In this document: in pieces, positions 37,683 to 51,455 of the stretch
Numbering within the stretch: position 1 is the first letter of the stretch
Layout: every line of letters starts with the position of its first letter
Source: Leucoraja erinacea
Taxonomy: Eukaryota
Direction: 5' to 3'
NCBI RefSeq assembly: GCF_028641065.1
Contig: NC_073389.1
Location: forward strand, 27,838,001 to 27,902,000
DNA: 64,000 nucleotides
The notes under the pieces: generated by a model
Databases searched by the model: none
The model's input: the letters and a program-made list of their open reading frames with translations, nothing else
Told to the model about the DNA's origin: nothing
Translations under genes and position numbers: made by a program

Positions 37683-38149
37683 TGTCTCTAAACTAAACTA
37701 ACTGCTGTGAATTTGGTGTTTGAACCGATTTGGGTGGAAGTTAAATCATGTTCTTCAAAGTGAAAGTCGAGTCGCTGCAGAAATGTAATCCTCCTGACTG
37801 AAACTTGATCCCAGGCTCAGTTTAATTCAAACCCATCTGTCCTTAAAGGCAGAAAGAGCCGAGATATTTCAGTCAGCATTATTCTAATCCCAGCTGTGAT
37901 GCATTATGCTGTAAGACATTGCCGATGAAGCAAATGAACCTTAACCATTAACCTGTTTCATTTGCAGATGCTGATTGAGTATTATTTGACTTACACGATT
38001 TTCTGCTTCTGTTTCAAGCTTACAATTTTTACTTTTGTTTAATGAAGATAATGGAGAATAGATAGGGTGAATCAGTGGGCCAAAGGACCTGTTTCCACAT
38101 TGCATCTCTAAACTAAACTAAGAACTAAACAACAAGGTGGTGACCCTCA

Positions 38150-38905
38150 TAAGTTCAAGGAGCAGAACTACGCCATTGACCCATCAAATCTACTACTCAA
38201 TCATGGCTGATCTATCTTTCCCTCTCAACCCCATTCCCCTGCCTTCTCCTCATAACCTCTGACACACGTACTAATCAAGAAATGTATCAATCGCCACCTT
38301 AAAAATATGCATCGACTTGGTCTACACAGCCATCTGTGGCAATTAATTCAACCAGATTCACCACCCTTTGATTAAAGAAAGTGCTCCTTGTCTCCTTTCT
38401 AAAGGTACGTCCTTTTATTGTGAGACCATGGCCTATGTTCCTTGACTCTCCCACTAGTGGAAACATCCACTCCACATCCACTCTATCCAGGCCCTTCATG
38501 ATTTGGTAAGTTTCAATGAGGTGTCCCCTCATCCTTCTAAATTCCAGCGAGTACAGGCCCAATGCCTTTCAAATGCTTCTCGTACATTAATCCAATCATT
38601 CCTGGGATCATTCTCGTAAATTCCCTCTTGTCCCTCTCCATCGCCAGCACATCCTTCCTCAGATACGGGGCCCAAAACTGCTCACAAATGTGGTCTGGCC
38701 AGTACTTTTTAAAGCCTCGGCGTTACAATACTGTTTTTTTGTATTCTAGCCCTCTTAAAATAAATGCTAATGTTGCATTTGCCTTCCATACTTCAACTTG
38801 CAAGTTCATTTTTTGGGAATCCTGCACTAGCACCCCTAGGTTCCTGTGCACCTCAGATTCCTGAATTCTCTCCCCATTTAGAAAATAGTCTATGCCTTTA
38901 TTCCT
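38150..38905 (-). mobile_element. CR1 3' fragment
   Basis: LGLYSLEFRRMRG.LIETY.I.KGLDRVD...FPLVGESR..GH.L.IKGR.FRKE.R..FF.QRVVN (38299-38562). Confidence 0.82.
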
Positions 38906-39475
38906 TGGGGATGGGGCAAGGGGTGAGTAATGTACAGGTAGAAAAAATAAAATAAAGAATTGAGACCATTGAAGTGAAAATATTTATGGATATTTATTAC
39001 CATCTCCTTTGCACTGAGGCAGATGCATCGCACATTTCACTGGTTTATGAAACGGCGATTTATCTCCATTCTAAATTGATTTGAAAATCCATTGAAACCT
39101 GGAACCGGCTGTAATGTAATGTATGTAACAGAATGATGCTTTTGTACAGACTCCAATTATTTGAAAGCCCAGATTTCCTAAGCTCATTAAAGATTGTGTT
39201 TCCTACACAAAGAAATAAACAATCAGTTCTATATTGTTTTATAGAATAATTTGAAATCCTTTTAAATGTATTTGTCATACATTAATAGGTAAATAAATAA
39301 ATGCCATTGTCAGTGTATGTGGAGATTAAGTAATTTATTCAATGCCATCCCCTTAATTTGCACCGTTTGCCATTGGTGATTTGTATGCACTGTGCCAACT
39401 GGTATAACAGCGCATCATGCAAAAATGAAAACGGTATCCAGGGTTGGAACTTTCACCAGTCAGTGAAGAGTCATG

Positions 39476-39784
39476 TTTAGTGTAGAGATACATCATGGAA
39501 ACAGGCCCATTGAGTCCACGCTGACCATTGATCACCCCTTCACACTAGTTCTGTTATCCCACTTTCTCACCCACTCCCTACACACTTAGGGTAATTTACA
39601 GAGCACAAATTAACCAACAAACCTCACGCGTCTTTGGGATGTGGGAGGAAATTGGAGCACCACAGAACGGGCAAAGGGAGAACATGCAAACTATACTCGC
39701 AGACAGCAACCAAGGTCAGGATCGAACCCGGGTCTCTCACGCTGTGAGGCAGTGGCTCTACCCGGTGCGCCACTGTGCCACTGT
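39476..39784 (-). mobile_element. HE1/V-SINE-like SINE
   Basis: A/B boxes, core and tail. Confidence 0.78.
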
Positions 39785-40689
39785 TGTCCCGTGTAACTGG
39801 AGGAACGAAACCCATTATTAGAAACAAAGAAGCATAGAAAATAGGTGCATCAGGCCATTTGGCCCTTCAAGCCAGCACCGCCATTCAATGTGATCATGGC
39901 TGATCATCCACAATCAGTAACCGGTGCCTGCCTTCTCCCCATATCCCTTGATACCGCTAGCCCCTTGAGCTCTATCTAACTCTCTTTTAAATCCATTAAA
40001 GGCCTCCACTGCCTTCTGTGACGGAGAATTCCACAAGTACACAACTCTCTGGGTGAAAAATATATATTTTTTCTCATCTCAGTTTAAAATGGCCACACAC
40101 ACACACACACACACACAACTCGCAGGCTCGGCTAGACCGGGGGCAGGAGCAGAGGGAGGGCGGGGGAGGCAGAGTGGGAGGGGGTAGAGTTTGAGGGGTG
40201 GGAAGGGGACATGCAGCGTCACAGGGGAGGGCTGGTTCTCGAACGCAATATTCCCTCATTCCAGCCTGCTCAAGGCGCCAGAGCGAGGCCAGGGAGTGGG
40301 GAGATTGTTCAGCTTTGGTCTTCAGTCCACAGCCTGACTTGCTTGTTCTTTGTGTGTCTCTTTTGAGTAACGAGGTGGGGGGGGGCGTCACTCGCTGCAC
40401 TTGGAAGAAGGGCAGGCACGGAGATCCATTGTGATGTCATCATCGAGAGACAGACGTTTTTTTTACAGATTTTTGTACATTTTCATTAATAACTGGAGAA
40501 ATAAAGGATGAATTTTTCAGGTAAAGCGATTTTGGACTCCAGGGGGAATATCTCCACCGGAACATGTAAAAGTGTAATCATTAGCGCGTCATTTTTTCAA
40601 GAAGATGTGATTATACACAAACAAATAAACACACATCCAAGATCAGAGGTTTAAGCATATAAGATATGTTTCTATAAGACCCCCTCTCT

Positions 40690-41625
40690 GCAAATTTGCT
40701 AGTGTCACTTTTAATTCGATCATCTAAATCATTAATGCACTGTAAATAGTTGCGCCCTCAGCACCGAACCTTGCAGCACTTCACTCGCCACTGCCTGCCA
40801 TTTTGATAGGGACCGGTTTATTCCTACTTTTTGTTTCCTGTCTGCCAACCAATTCTCTATCCATATTAATACCCTACCCCCAATACCATGTGCTCTAATT
40901 TTGCCCACTAATCTCCTGTGTTGGTCCTTATCAAGGGCTTTCTGAAAGTCCAAATACACCACATCCACTGGCTTTCCTTCATACATTTTATTTGTTTCAT
41001 CCTCAAAAAATTCAAGAAGAAGTGCTGGCTCGAAGGGCCAAATGGCCTACTCCTGCACCTGTTGTCTATTAGTCAAGCATGATTTCCCGTTCATAAATCC
41101 ATACTGACTTGGACCAATCCTTTTACTGCTATCCAAATGCGCCATTATTACTTCTTTAATAATTGACTCCAGCATCTTCCCCACCATGGATGTCAGGCTA
41201 GTTGGTCTATAATTCCACGTTTTCTCTCTCGCTCCGTTCTTGAAAAGTGGGATAACATTAGCTACCCTCCAATCCACAGGAACTGATCCTGAATCGAGAG
41301 AACATTGGAAAATTATCACCAATTAGTCCACAATTTCTAGAGCCACCTCCTTGAGTACCCTGGGATGCAGACCATCAGGCCCTGGGGAATTATCAGCCTT
41401 CAGTCCCATCAGTCTACCCAATATTATTTCTTGCCTAATGCAAATTTCTTTCAGTTCCTCTGTCTCCCTAGATCCTCTGTCCTCTAGTACATCTGGGAGA
41501 TTGTTTGTGTCTTCCTTAGTGAAGACAGAACCAAAGTACCTGTTCAACTCTTCTGCCATTTCCTTGTTCCCCATAATAATTTCACCTGTTTCTGCCTTCA
41601 AGGGACCCACATTTACTAATCTTTC
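40690..41625 (-). mobile_element. CR1 ORF2 fragment with stop codons
   Basis: Consecutive ORFs 41323-41610, 41047-41322 and 40732-40986 carry FGSVFTKED, SPGPDGLHPRVLKE, NYRP.SLTS, GKSCLTN, YLDFQKA.DK and QGSVL. Confidence 0.88.
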
Positions 41626-42074
41626 CCCCCCAGATATGTAGCATTTACGAAGCTTTTAGAGAGGCACTTGGATATGTAGGGGATGCAGGCATATGAATCA
41701 GGTGAAGGCAGAGGAGTGTAGGAAGAAACTGCAGATGCTGGTTTAACCCGAAGATAGATAGACACAAAAAGCTGGAGTAATCCAGTGGGTCAGACAGCAT
41801 CTCTGGAGAAAAGGAATAGGTGACGGAATGGGTCAAGACCCTTCTTCAGACTGAGAGTCAGGGGAAAGGGAAACGAGGGGATTGGTTTATCTTGGCTTCA
41901 TGTTGGGCATGGATATTGTGGGCTGAAGGGCCTGTTCCTGTGCTGTACTGTTCTATGGACTATCGATCTATCTATGGCGTTCACTTCAACTCGGGATTGA
42001 GTGGTGCCATCTGCTTCATGATGTCCTGGTGCTGTGTTAGCCATTCGTCATGATGCAGTTTCACTCATAAGTAA

Positions 42075-42893
42075 ACTAAGCGGATGAGCAGTCTTCTCCT
42101 AGCAAGAAAGAAAGAACACAAACATAACAGAATTCAACATAAAACATAAACATCCACCACAGTTGAACCAGCAACCCCCGCTGTGGTGGAAGACACAAAA
42201 GGTCACTCAATCTTCCTCCTCCATTCGCCCGTGGTTGGGGCCTTGAACCCTCCGCAGTCGCCGCTACGGAAGGCCCGGTGTACAGGCCCTCTCGCCAGGG
42301 TGATCGAAACCCTGACGTCGGGCCGGGGACGGATGGGAACACTCCGCGGCGTGGAATTCCTTAATCGGCCGCTTCCTACTGGAGACCGCGGCTTCATGAT
42401 GCCAAGACCACAGGCCCCGCGGTCGGAGCACTTCTTCTGGTGATCCTTGGCAAAGGATCGCAGGCCGCTCCGCGATGTTACAAGTCCGCGCAGGGCCCGC
42501 GGCTAGAAGCTCCACAGATCCAGCTCCACGATGGTAAAGTCAGCAGGCCCCCCCGAGGTCGGAGCTCCAACCCTGGCGACCCCTGGCAAAGGATCGCAGC
42601 TCCGCGATGTCAAAGTCCTGCAGAAGCTCTGGGTTCTGGGCTGGTCTCCGGTCGGAAAGGCCACACCAATCCAGTCGTTAGGCTGCGAGAGGGGCGAAAA
42701 TGGGACATGGAGAAAAGTCACATCTTCATCGAGGTAATTGCCTGGGAACGGTTTCCCCTATTTCCCCCCCCCCCCCCCCCTCTCTCAGCACCCCCCACAC
42801 CGGGAGACCTACATTCAGACACGCTGAAAACCACAAAAAGTCCAAAGAAACACACGAGCTGCTAGCGAGGCTGCCGCGAGTGGCACCATCTTG
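42075..42893 (-). mobile_element. GC-rich non-autonomous retroposon starting CCAAGATGGTGCC
   Basis: Homologous to 37060-37682, with an internal repeat ACATCGCGGAGC...GATCCTTTGCCA. The 5' CAAGATGG motif resembles LINE internal-promoter starts. Confidence 0.62.
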
Positions 42894-42938
42894 GGAAATT
42901 TGGACCGCTGGTCCTGAAATGCCCAGAAACCAGTCGCT

Positions 42939-43575
42939 GCGTCGCTCTGTGTAAGGTACAACTATTTCTGGATTGTGCATAAGCCTGTCTATCTGGCAAC
43001 ATCAGATATTCTTAGATATGTTTATAACTCTTGATTTTCATGCTGTGAGTGTCTGGGTTACTTATACATTCACATGTGAATGATTCAGATAGTCAGAGGA
43101 TGTGATGACATCAGTGTTGGCAGCATTACATGTTTGTGGATCTTGCAGTTGGAGTAAAGGCACAGTGGCGCGGCGGGTAGAGCCACTCCCTCACAAAGCC
43201 AGAGACCCGAGTTCGATCCTGACCTCAGGTGCTGTCTGTGTGTGTGGAGTTTGCACCATCTCCCCGTGACCGCGTCGCTCTGTGTAAGGTACAACTATTT
43301 CTTGATTGTGCATAGCCTTTCTAATCTGGCAACATTCAGATATTCATATGTTTAATAACTCTGATTCTCATCTGGTCACATGTTCTGATTAGATAGTCAT
43401 AGTGGTCAGTGTTTGGCAGCCTTCATGGTTTTGGTTGGAGCTTTGCAGTTGGAGTCAAGGCACAGTTGGCTCGCGGTAGAGCCCTCCCCACACATAAGCC
43501 AGAGACCCGAGTTCGATCCTGACCTCAGGTGCTGTCTGTGTGTGTGGAGTTTGCACCATCTCCCCGTGACCGCGT
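42939..43575 (+). repeat. Imperfect tandem duplication of ~300-330 bp
   Basis: GCGTCGCTCTGTGTAAGGTACAACTATTTC starts at ~42939 and ~43272. The SINE block 43201-43275 is identical to 43501-43575. Confidence 0.85.
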
Positions 43576-43754
43576 GGGTTTCCTCCGGGTGCTCCGGTTT
43601 CCTCCTACCTCACAAAGACGTGCAGGTTTGTAGGTAAATTGCCTTCTGTAAATTGCCCCTAGTGTGTAGGATAGAACTAGTGTACTGGTGATCGATGGTC
43701 AGCACTGACTCAGTGGGCGGAAGGGCCTGTTTCCATGTTATATCTCTAAACTAA
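43460..43754 (+). mobile_element. HE1/V-SINE-like SINE (5' part duplicated at 43158-43275)
   Basis: GAGTTCGATCC B box, core and tail. Confidence 0.78.
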
Positions 43755-44194
43755 TACGCAATTATCTTTGTTATATCCACTACATTGTGAAAACGTATGA
43801 AAATAATGTTATAGATTTTGCCTTTTATGAATTTGGATCATATCCCAAGGGAGTATTTTGAGTTGTGCACTGATCTATTGACACAGTAGTAAAATATATC
43901 GGGTTCAACATCATTTACGTTAGCTATTTGACAGTGTATAGTACAAGGAGATGTGTAGAACAACTCGTGCACTGTTGACACAAGGAACTGCAGTTGCTGG
44001 TTCACAATCACAGACACAAAGTGCTGGAGTAACTTGGCGGGTTAGGCAACGTCTCTGGAGAACATGGGATAGGTGACGTTTCGAGTTGGGATCCATTGTT
44101 GGGGACTGGAAGGTTATGAATGGTGATGTCTTTAGGGCTTTGGTCTTTGCTACGAGAATTAAAAATAAGCAGTTTGTATATTGTGGTAGAACTG

Positions 44195-44392
44195 TGCAGG
44201 AAGGAACTGCAGACGCTAGTTTAAACCGAAGATAGACATAAAATGCTGGACTGACAGCTGAACAGGCAGCATCTCTGGAGAGAAGGAATGGGTGACGCTT
44301 CGGTTAGAGTAGGGTCTCAACCCGAAAAGTCACCCATTCCCTCTCTCCAGAGATGCTGCCTGTCCTGCTGAGTTACTCCAGAATTTTGTGTC
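44195..44392. mobile_element. PLE terminal-repeat fold-back unit with 13-bp TSD, inserted in a SINE head
   Basis: Arms CAGGCAGCATCTCTGGAGAGAAGGAATGGGTGAC / GTCACCCATTCCCTCTCTCCAGAGATGCTGCCTG. TSD TGTGGTAGAACTG at 44182-94 and 44393-405. Confidence 0.82.
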
Positions 44393-44688
44393 TGTGGTAG
44401 AACTGCTGCCTCTCAGCGCTGGAGACCTAGGTTCGATCCTGACCTCAGGTGCTAACTGTGTGGAGTTTGCATGTTCTCGCTGTGACCTTGTGGGTTTCCT
44501 CCGGGTGCTCCAGTTTCCTCCCTATCCCACAGACGTGTGAGTTTGTAGATTAATTGGCCTCTGTAAATTGTTCCTAGCATGTAGGGAGTGGATGAGAAAA
44601 TGGGATAACAGAGTTAGTGTGAATGGGTGATCGATGGTTAGAGTGGGCTGAAGTGCCTGTTTCCATGCTGTATCTTTCGATCAATCAA
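44393..44688 (+). mobile_element. HE1/V-SINE-like SINE
   Basis: GGTTCGATCC B box, core and tail. Confidence 0.78.
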
Positions 44689-45549
44689 ACATTCCTCCAA
44701 CAGTTGTCATTTGTGGCTTGTGAAAGATTTTGGGGGTATTTAACTAAGTTAAAGACACTATAAATGCAAATTGCTATTATGACACATTAATTTAAATAAT
44801 CATCATCTTTGCTCAATTGTATAATGGTAAATGATTAGGATATGCAAAATTTTGGGGCTAAATTTGCATAACATGCCATTTATGTATAATTACATATCAG
44901 ATTACTTAACATCTGAATGTGCAAAAGATGTTATGATATTTACACTTCATTACCACTTGATCCTGCAAAAATATAAAACTGATCGAAGTAAACCCCTCCT
45001 GTGGCTGCTTCCGTTAAAATAAAGATAATTTAATGATAACTGATCCACTCACTGACCATTACGCTGATATCAGGATTCCTTTATTGCAATACCATAGAAC
45101 AGTACAACACATGAACAGGCCCTTCGGCCCACAATGCCTGTACTAAACATGATGTCTCATTAAACTAATCTCTGCCTGCACGTGTTCCATATCTCTCCAT
45201 TCCCTGCATATCCATGTGCATATCCAAAAGTCTCCGAAACACCACTATTGTATCTGCCTCCACCACCACCCCTGGAAGCATGTTCCACGCACCCACCACT
45301 CTCTGTATATTAAAAAAAAAAGTAATTGCCACACACGTCTCCTTTAAACTTTGCCCCTCTTATCTTAAAGCTATGCCCTCTCGTCTTTGACATTTCTACC
45401 CCGGTAAAAAAGCTTTGACTATCTGCCTTTATCTATGCCTCTCATCACATTATATACTTCTATCAGGTCTCCCCTCAACCTCCCACACTCCAGAGAAAGC
45501 AATCCAACTTGTCTCCTTGTAGCTAACCCAGGCAGCATTCAGGTTAGAC

Positions 45550-46055
45550 TTTACTTCAGACTTTAGAGATACAGCGCGGAAACCGGTCCACCGAGTCCGC
45601 GCCGACTAGCAGTCACCCCGTACACTGGCCCTACACACTAGGGACAATTTACAGAAGCCAATTAACCTGCAGACCTGCATGTCTTTGGAGTGTGGGGGGA
45701 AAGCGGAGTACCCGGAGAAAACCCACACAGTCGAGGAGAACATACAAACTCCGCACAGACAATATCCGTAGTCTGGATTGAACCTGCGTCTCTGGTGCTG
45801 TAAGGCAACAACTCGACCACTGTACTACTGTACCACCTGTTTTGTTAGTCTCTTCTGCACCCTCTCCTACACACTCGGGACAATTTACAGAAGCCAATTA
45901 ACTTACAACCCAGCACGCCTTCAGGATGTGTGAGGAACCCCAAGGTCACAGGGAGAACGGGCAAACTCCGCACACAGACCACATCCGAGGTCAGGATCGA
46001 ACCTGGGCCTCTGCTGCTGTAAGGCAGCAACTCTACTGCTGCGCCATTGTGCCGC
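45550..46055 (-). mobile_element. Two HE1/V-SINE-like SINEs (45550-45836, 45868-46055)
   Basis: Two units with family core and head. Confidence 0.72.
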
Positions 46056-48339
46056 ACAACAGATATGTAAACATAGGCACAAAATGCTGGAGTAACTCAG
46101 TGGGTCAGGCAGCATCTTTGGAGAAAACGGATAGGATGACTATTCTTTCAAAGGGCCCCAGTCTATCCACATTCTCCAGCGATACTGCCTGACCCACTGA
46201 GTTACTCCAGTACTTTGTATCTATCTTTGGTATAAACCAACATCTGCAGTTCCTTTTTATTACAAGCTGTCCCTGAATCGGGATGTTTCACGTTTCAGGC
46301 TCCTCTACCTTCTTCCCAATGGCAGGGGTGAGATGAGAGTGTGGCCCCCGTAACCCTCTTTATGAGGCAGCAACTCCTCAATTGTGATTTCTGGACTACT
46401 TTATATGAACAATATTGACAGTGTGGGGATCATATAGTCAAGCTGCTGCTCTTGTTCAGAGCACTGGATGATCTACACTTTCTCACGATCGGGTTAGGAA
46501 TGATAAATAACACAAATGGCTTTTGCCGTGGTAATCGGAATTAGTCAAATGCTGGTTGCATGAAATCCAGTCAGCTGGTTGCTATGGTGAGCAACAACTG
46601 GCAGCAGCTGGGAAGACGGTCAAGAGAGCTTATAGTTGTCATATACACCGGCCGGATATGAAGCAGAGCAATGACATCCTTACTTGCCGCAGCTTCACAA
46701 GCACATTAGATATAACAAACAGCAACGATAAATGTGCAATAAATGATCAGTTTTTCAAAGTAAACTAGATCATGAAAGTGCAAGAATCAAAGTAGAGTAA
46801 CCATTGTAGTGCAAAGTTATTTGTGTTGAGTTTGGATTGTGTAGGGTTGTGTAAGGTTGATTCAGATTCAGATTCAATTTAATTGTCATTGTCAGTGTAC
46901 AGTACAGAGACAACGAAATGCATTTTCTTGAATGCATTTTGATGCTGTTCTTGAACCTGATGGTCATGGTTCTCGGACTCCTGTACCTTCTTCCTCTTGG
47001 TAGCAGCGAGCAGAGAGGGTGGTCATGGTGGTGTGAGTCCTTGCTATCAGCTGCCATCTTGAGGCAGCATTTGCTGCAGATCCTTTCATAAGTTCACGTT
47101 ATAGGAGCAGAATTAGGCCATTCGGCCCATCCAGTCTACTCCGCCTTGCAATCATGGCTGATCTATCATTTCCTCTCAAGCCCATTCTCCTGCCTTCTCC
47201 CCATAACTCCCGCATTCTAGTCCTTGGAAATAAATGCTAGCATTGCATTTGCCTTCCTTACTACCGATTCGACTTGCAAATTAACTTATTGGGAATCCTG
47301 CACCTGCATTTTCCAAGTCCCTTTGCACCTCCGATTTCTGAATTCTCTCCCCATTTGGAAAATAGTCTTTGATGGTACCTGTGATGGACCGGGCAATGGT
47401 GAGCACTTTCTGCAACCTCCTTCGTTGCTGAACTTGGTGATGCAACCAGCCAGTATGCTCCCTGCCCGTACCGTTGCAGAAGTTTGAAAGACATGCCGAA
47501 TCTCCTCAAACCTCTGAGGAAGTAGGGGCATTGGTGAGCGTTCTTCATGATCGCATCAATGTGCTTGGCCCAGGACAGATCATTGTAGATGCGTCTCTAT
47601 AAGGATCACTCCTCAGCCTCCTGCGCGCCAAGGAATAAAGTCATAGCCTGCTCAACATCTCTATATAGCTTCGACCTTCAAATCCTGGAAACATCCTGGT
47701 AAATCTCCTCTGCACCCATACCACCTGTAACATGATGACCAAAACTGAACACAATACTAAATATACAATTGTACAACTGTAACATGACTTCCCAACTTCT
47801 ATACTTGAGTCCTGACAACACCTTCGTAAACTAGTGATTCATGATTCCATAACTCTTGCTGCAGTGTGGTGTACAAACCCTCTCTTTTTCAGTGAGAATA
47901 TTGAACGTGTGGTGTGAAATTTACCCTTCCTACCTTGGGTTGTAGCTTTGTTGATTGTGCCAGTAATTCCTGACTTGCTGTGATCTTTTCCCTCTTGGTA
48001 CTTGAACATCGACTACAAAAGAACAAGACCCAGTGGCAGCTAAAGGTTAATGTAATATTAAAGCTGTCATTTTGCAGGTTTAATAAAAGTCCACGACTTG
48101 TGCTGAAATAACTCATCCCCAAATTGAAATTTTGCAATCAAAAAATACACCTGCCAACTCCCCAGCCACTTGGTTCGTGTAGGAAATATTGTGGCAATAA
48201 GCAGATAATGAAGAACCATTGGAAAATCCTTCAGTAGCATTTCTTTTCTTTTGCAATGCAATGACTGTTCTCTCTTAGTTGGTGGTAACAGAAATAGCAT
48301 CACTGTTCACTCATTCTGTTGAAGGTGGGTGTATTTCAA

Positions 48340-48765
48340 AGCATGCAGTTAAGCTGGTCAGGGCGCAGAGAAGATTTACAATGATGCTGCCAGTTGAGGG
48401 CCTGAGCTACAAAGAAAGTTTGGGCAGGCAAGGTCTCTATTCCTTGGAGAGCAAGAGGCTGAGCAGTGAACTTTAGTGGTGTACAAAGTCATGAGGGGAA
48501 TACATAGATTGAATGCACAATCTTTTACCCAGGGTAGAGGAATCAAGAACCAGAGAATAGGTTTAAGATAAGCGGGGAAAGAGTTAAAAGGAAGCTGAGG
48601 GTTAATCTTTCCACACAGAGGGTGATGGATATATGGAACGAGATGCCAGAGGAAGTAGTTGAGGCAGGTACTATAACAATATTTAAAAGTTACGTGGATA
48701 CGAACATGGATAGAACAGGTTTAGAGGGATTTGGACTAAATGCCAGCAAATGAGACTAGCTTTGA
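48340..48765 (+). mobile_element. CR1 3' fragment
   Basis: VKL.RAQRRFT.MLP..EGLSY.E.LGR.GLYSLE remnant plus 3' UTR. Confidence 0.75.
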
Positions 48766-50292
48766 TGCTCTATTCATTGAATTTGAAAGCTTATCATCAA
48801 TAAAGATCAATGCTTTTCACTAAACCTTTATCAACAGAAATAATAACTCAATTCCTAGAAAAATAAACTTACGTTATGGATTAAGATCATTAAAATCATA
48901 CATCATATAAAATCTGAATTGATTCATTAAAAATCTAAGATTTCAAGTTCAATGTGATTTATTTTAATTGCAATCAATAAACACATCTGTATTTTTTGTA
49001 GTTTGATTAATAACACTGTTTTCTAAGGAAAATGTTACCAGATGGTGCACATGAATATATGTGAGCATTTGTTTTAGCTACACTCTAGGTACAGTAAGTA
49101 TTATCTAACTTTCGGTCCTTGCCTGAAGAAATGTTTTGTCTAAAGAAAATTTGAAATCAAAGGTGGTTAAAGTTCGAATTGTATTCAAAGCATTTATTCA
49201 GAGGTCAAATCACAAAGTGTTGGAGGAAGGAAGCGGGTCAGGCAGCATCTGTGGAGGCAATGGACCATTGACGTTGCGGGTCAGGACCATTTTTCGAATC
49301 TGAGTCGTGATTAGCAATGTTGCCTGTTCATTCCCTCCACAGATGCTGCCTGCCCCACTGAATTGATAAGTTCAGAAATCATAGGAGCAGAGTTAGGCCA
49401 TTTGGCCCATCGCGTCTCCGCCATTCAATCATGGCTGATCCATCTTTCCCTCTCAACTCCATTGCCTCGTCTTCTCCCTCTAACTTTTTGCCGCCCTTAC
49501 TAATCAAGAACCAGTCAATCTCTGCTTTAAAAATACCCAAGGACTTGGCCTCCACAGCCATCTGTGGCAAAGATTTCCACATATTTACACACTCTGGCTA
49601 AAGAAATTCCTCCTCATCTCCTTTCTAAAACTTCCTCCAGCACTTTGAGTTTTGCTCAAGATTTCTAGCATCTGCAGTCCTTCCCATCTCCATTTATTTT
49701 GCGGAATGTCTTCTTGAAAACACGACGCATTGAACTGCAAAATCCATTTCCAAGCTGTGTTAATACTGTGAAGGTATCATAGCAACATCTCATCTCAAAA
49801 GTGTGATGGCCAATTTTACCACCGCTCTGTGCATTCACTGCATAATTGCGCGGAGCCAAAGCACAATTTATTCAGAGTGCCTGGGCGCTTAATTGCAGTT
49901 TATAAATACCAATAAAGTTGGCAAAGTTTCCAACAATTTCTACTTTTATTTCTGATTTCCAGCAACTTCAATTTGTTCGAGAAACAAGGAACTACAGATG
50001 GTGGATTAGAAAAAAATACCCACAAAGTGCTGGAAGAACTTTACAGGTTAGGCAGCATCTCTGGAGAACATGGATAAGTGACGTTTTGGGTCAGGGACCT
50101 TCTTCAGACTGAAGGAGATGGGTCTGAAGCCGGATAGCCAAAACATTGACTATCTGTATTCTCCAGAGATGTTGCCTGTCCTATTGAGTTACTCCCCGAC
50201 TTGGTGTCTTTACCTTCAGTTTGTCAGTTTGCTTAACATAGAACTGGCCCTACGGCCCACTATGTCTGTGCCGAACATGATGCCAAAACTAA

Positions 50293-50991
50293 AGGGGCTG
50301 TCCCACTGCGGTGACCTAATCTGTGAGTTTAGACGAGTTTGCCCTCAACTCAAACTCGCAGCATGGTCAACACGAGGTCCTAGGAGGTCCTATGATGTCA
50401 CTGGAACTCTCCTTCATGCTCGAGGGAAGTTCCTGAATACTCGTGGCCTCAGCTAGGTTGCGGAGAATTTTTCAGCTGATTGAAAAATTTTCCGCGAGTA
50501 CAATTTGGTCGGCATGGTTCTTTTTGACTCGTAGTGCAGTGGAGTGGGGTCACTATTTAGTTACAGGCAGTCGAGGGCAGCCGTAGGCAACCTCCTTCGC
50601 TGACTGGGCATTTTCATTGGCTCATTAGAGTTATCACGACCAGGGAAAACCGAACAGTAGGTAAAATGCCCGCTAAACTTTATTATACTTTGTAAAAGTG
50701 TCTCCATTCCTTCTCCGCCCCCCCCCGCGCTCTCTAAAGGACATACCGTACATTGTGGCAACCGTCTTTAATCTTCCTGTTCATCGCGGGTGTGAATTTC
50801 AGATAGAGCTCCCCCGCGTTCCCTGGCCCTCGCCTTTGCGATGTGTGTGTGTGTGTGTGTGTGTGTGCGCTCGCGGTTTCAACGCGGACGGTCGATCCAG
50901 CTCGAGGTTTCCAGGCGAGTGCCCTCGAGCTTGAAGGTTGAAAGCACTCTTCTTAACTCACGGATTAGGTCACCGCAGTGGGACAGCCCCT
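50293..50991. mobile_element. Non-autonomous PIF/Harbinger-type MITE (699 bp)
   Basis: TIR AGGGGCTGTCCCACTGCGGTGACCTAATC is identical for 29 bp (about 46 bp with 3 mismatches). TAA TSDs at 50290-92 and 50992-94. The flanks rejoin as one CR1-type tail. Internal (TG)n. Confidence 0.85.
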
Positions 50992-50994
50992 TAA

Positions 50995-51455
50995 CTCTTA
51001 TCTGCCAGCACATGATCCATATCCCTCCACTCCCTGCCTGTGCCTATCTAAAAGCCTCTTAAACACTACAAAACTATCTGCTTCCACCACCACCCCTGGC
51101 AGCACATGCCAGGCACCCATCACCCTCTGCATTAAAAAAAACTTGTATCATTCATCTCCTTCTAGTCTTTGATATTTCCACCATGGGGCAAATGGTTCTG
51201 ACTGTCTACAGTATCTATTCCACTCCTCATATTATAGACTTCTATCAGGTCCCCCCTTAGCCTTTGAAGCTCAGGAGAAAACAATCCAAGTTTGTCCAAC
51301 CTCTCCCTGTAGGTAATACACTCTGATCCAGGCAGTATTCTGGTACATCTCTTCTGCATCCTCTCCAAAGCCGCTACATCCTTCCACTATTTGGGCGACC
51401 AGAACTGTACGCAATACTCCAAATGCAGCCTAACCCAAAGTTCTATAAAGCTGCA
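50995..51455 (-). mobile_element. CR1 3' fragment
   Basis: LERMQKRCTRILPG....YRERLDKLGLFS.E..RLRGDLIEVY (51162-51368). Confidence 0.75.
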
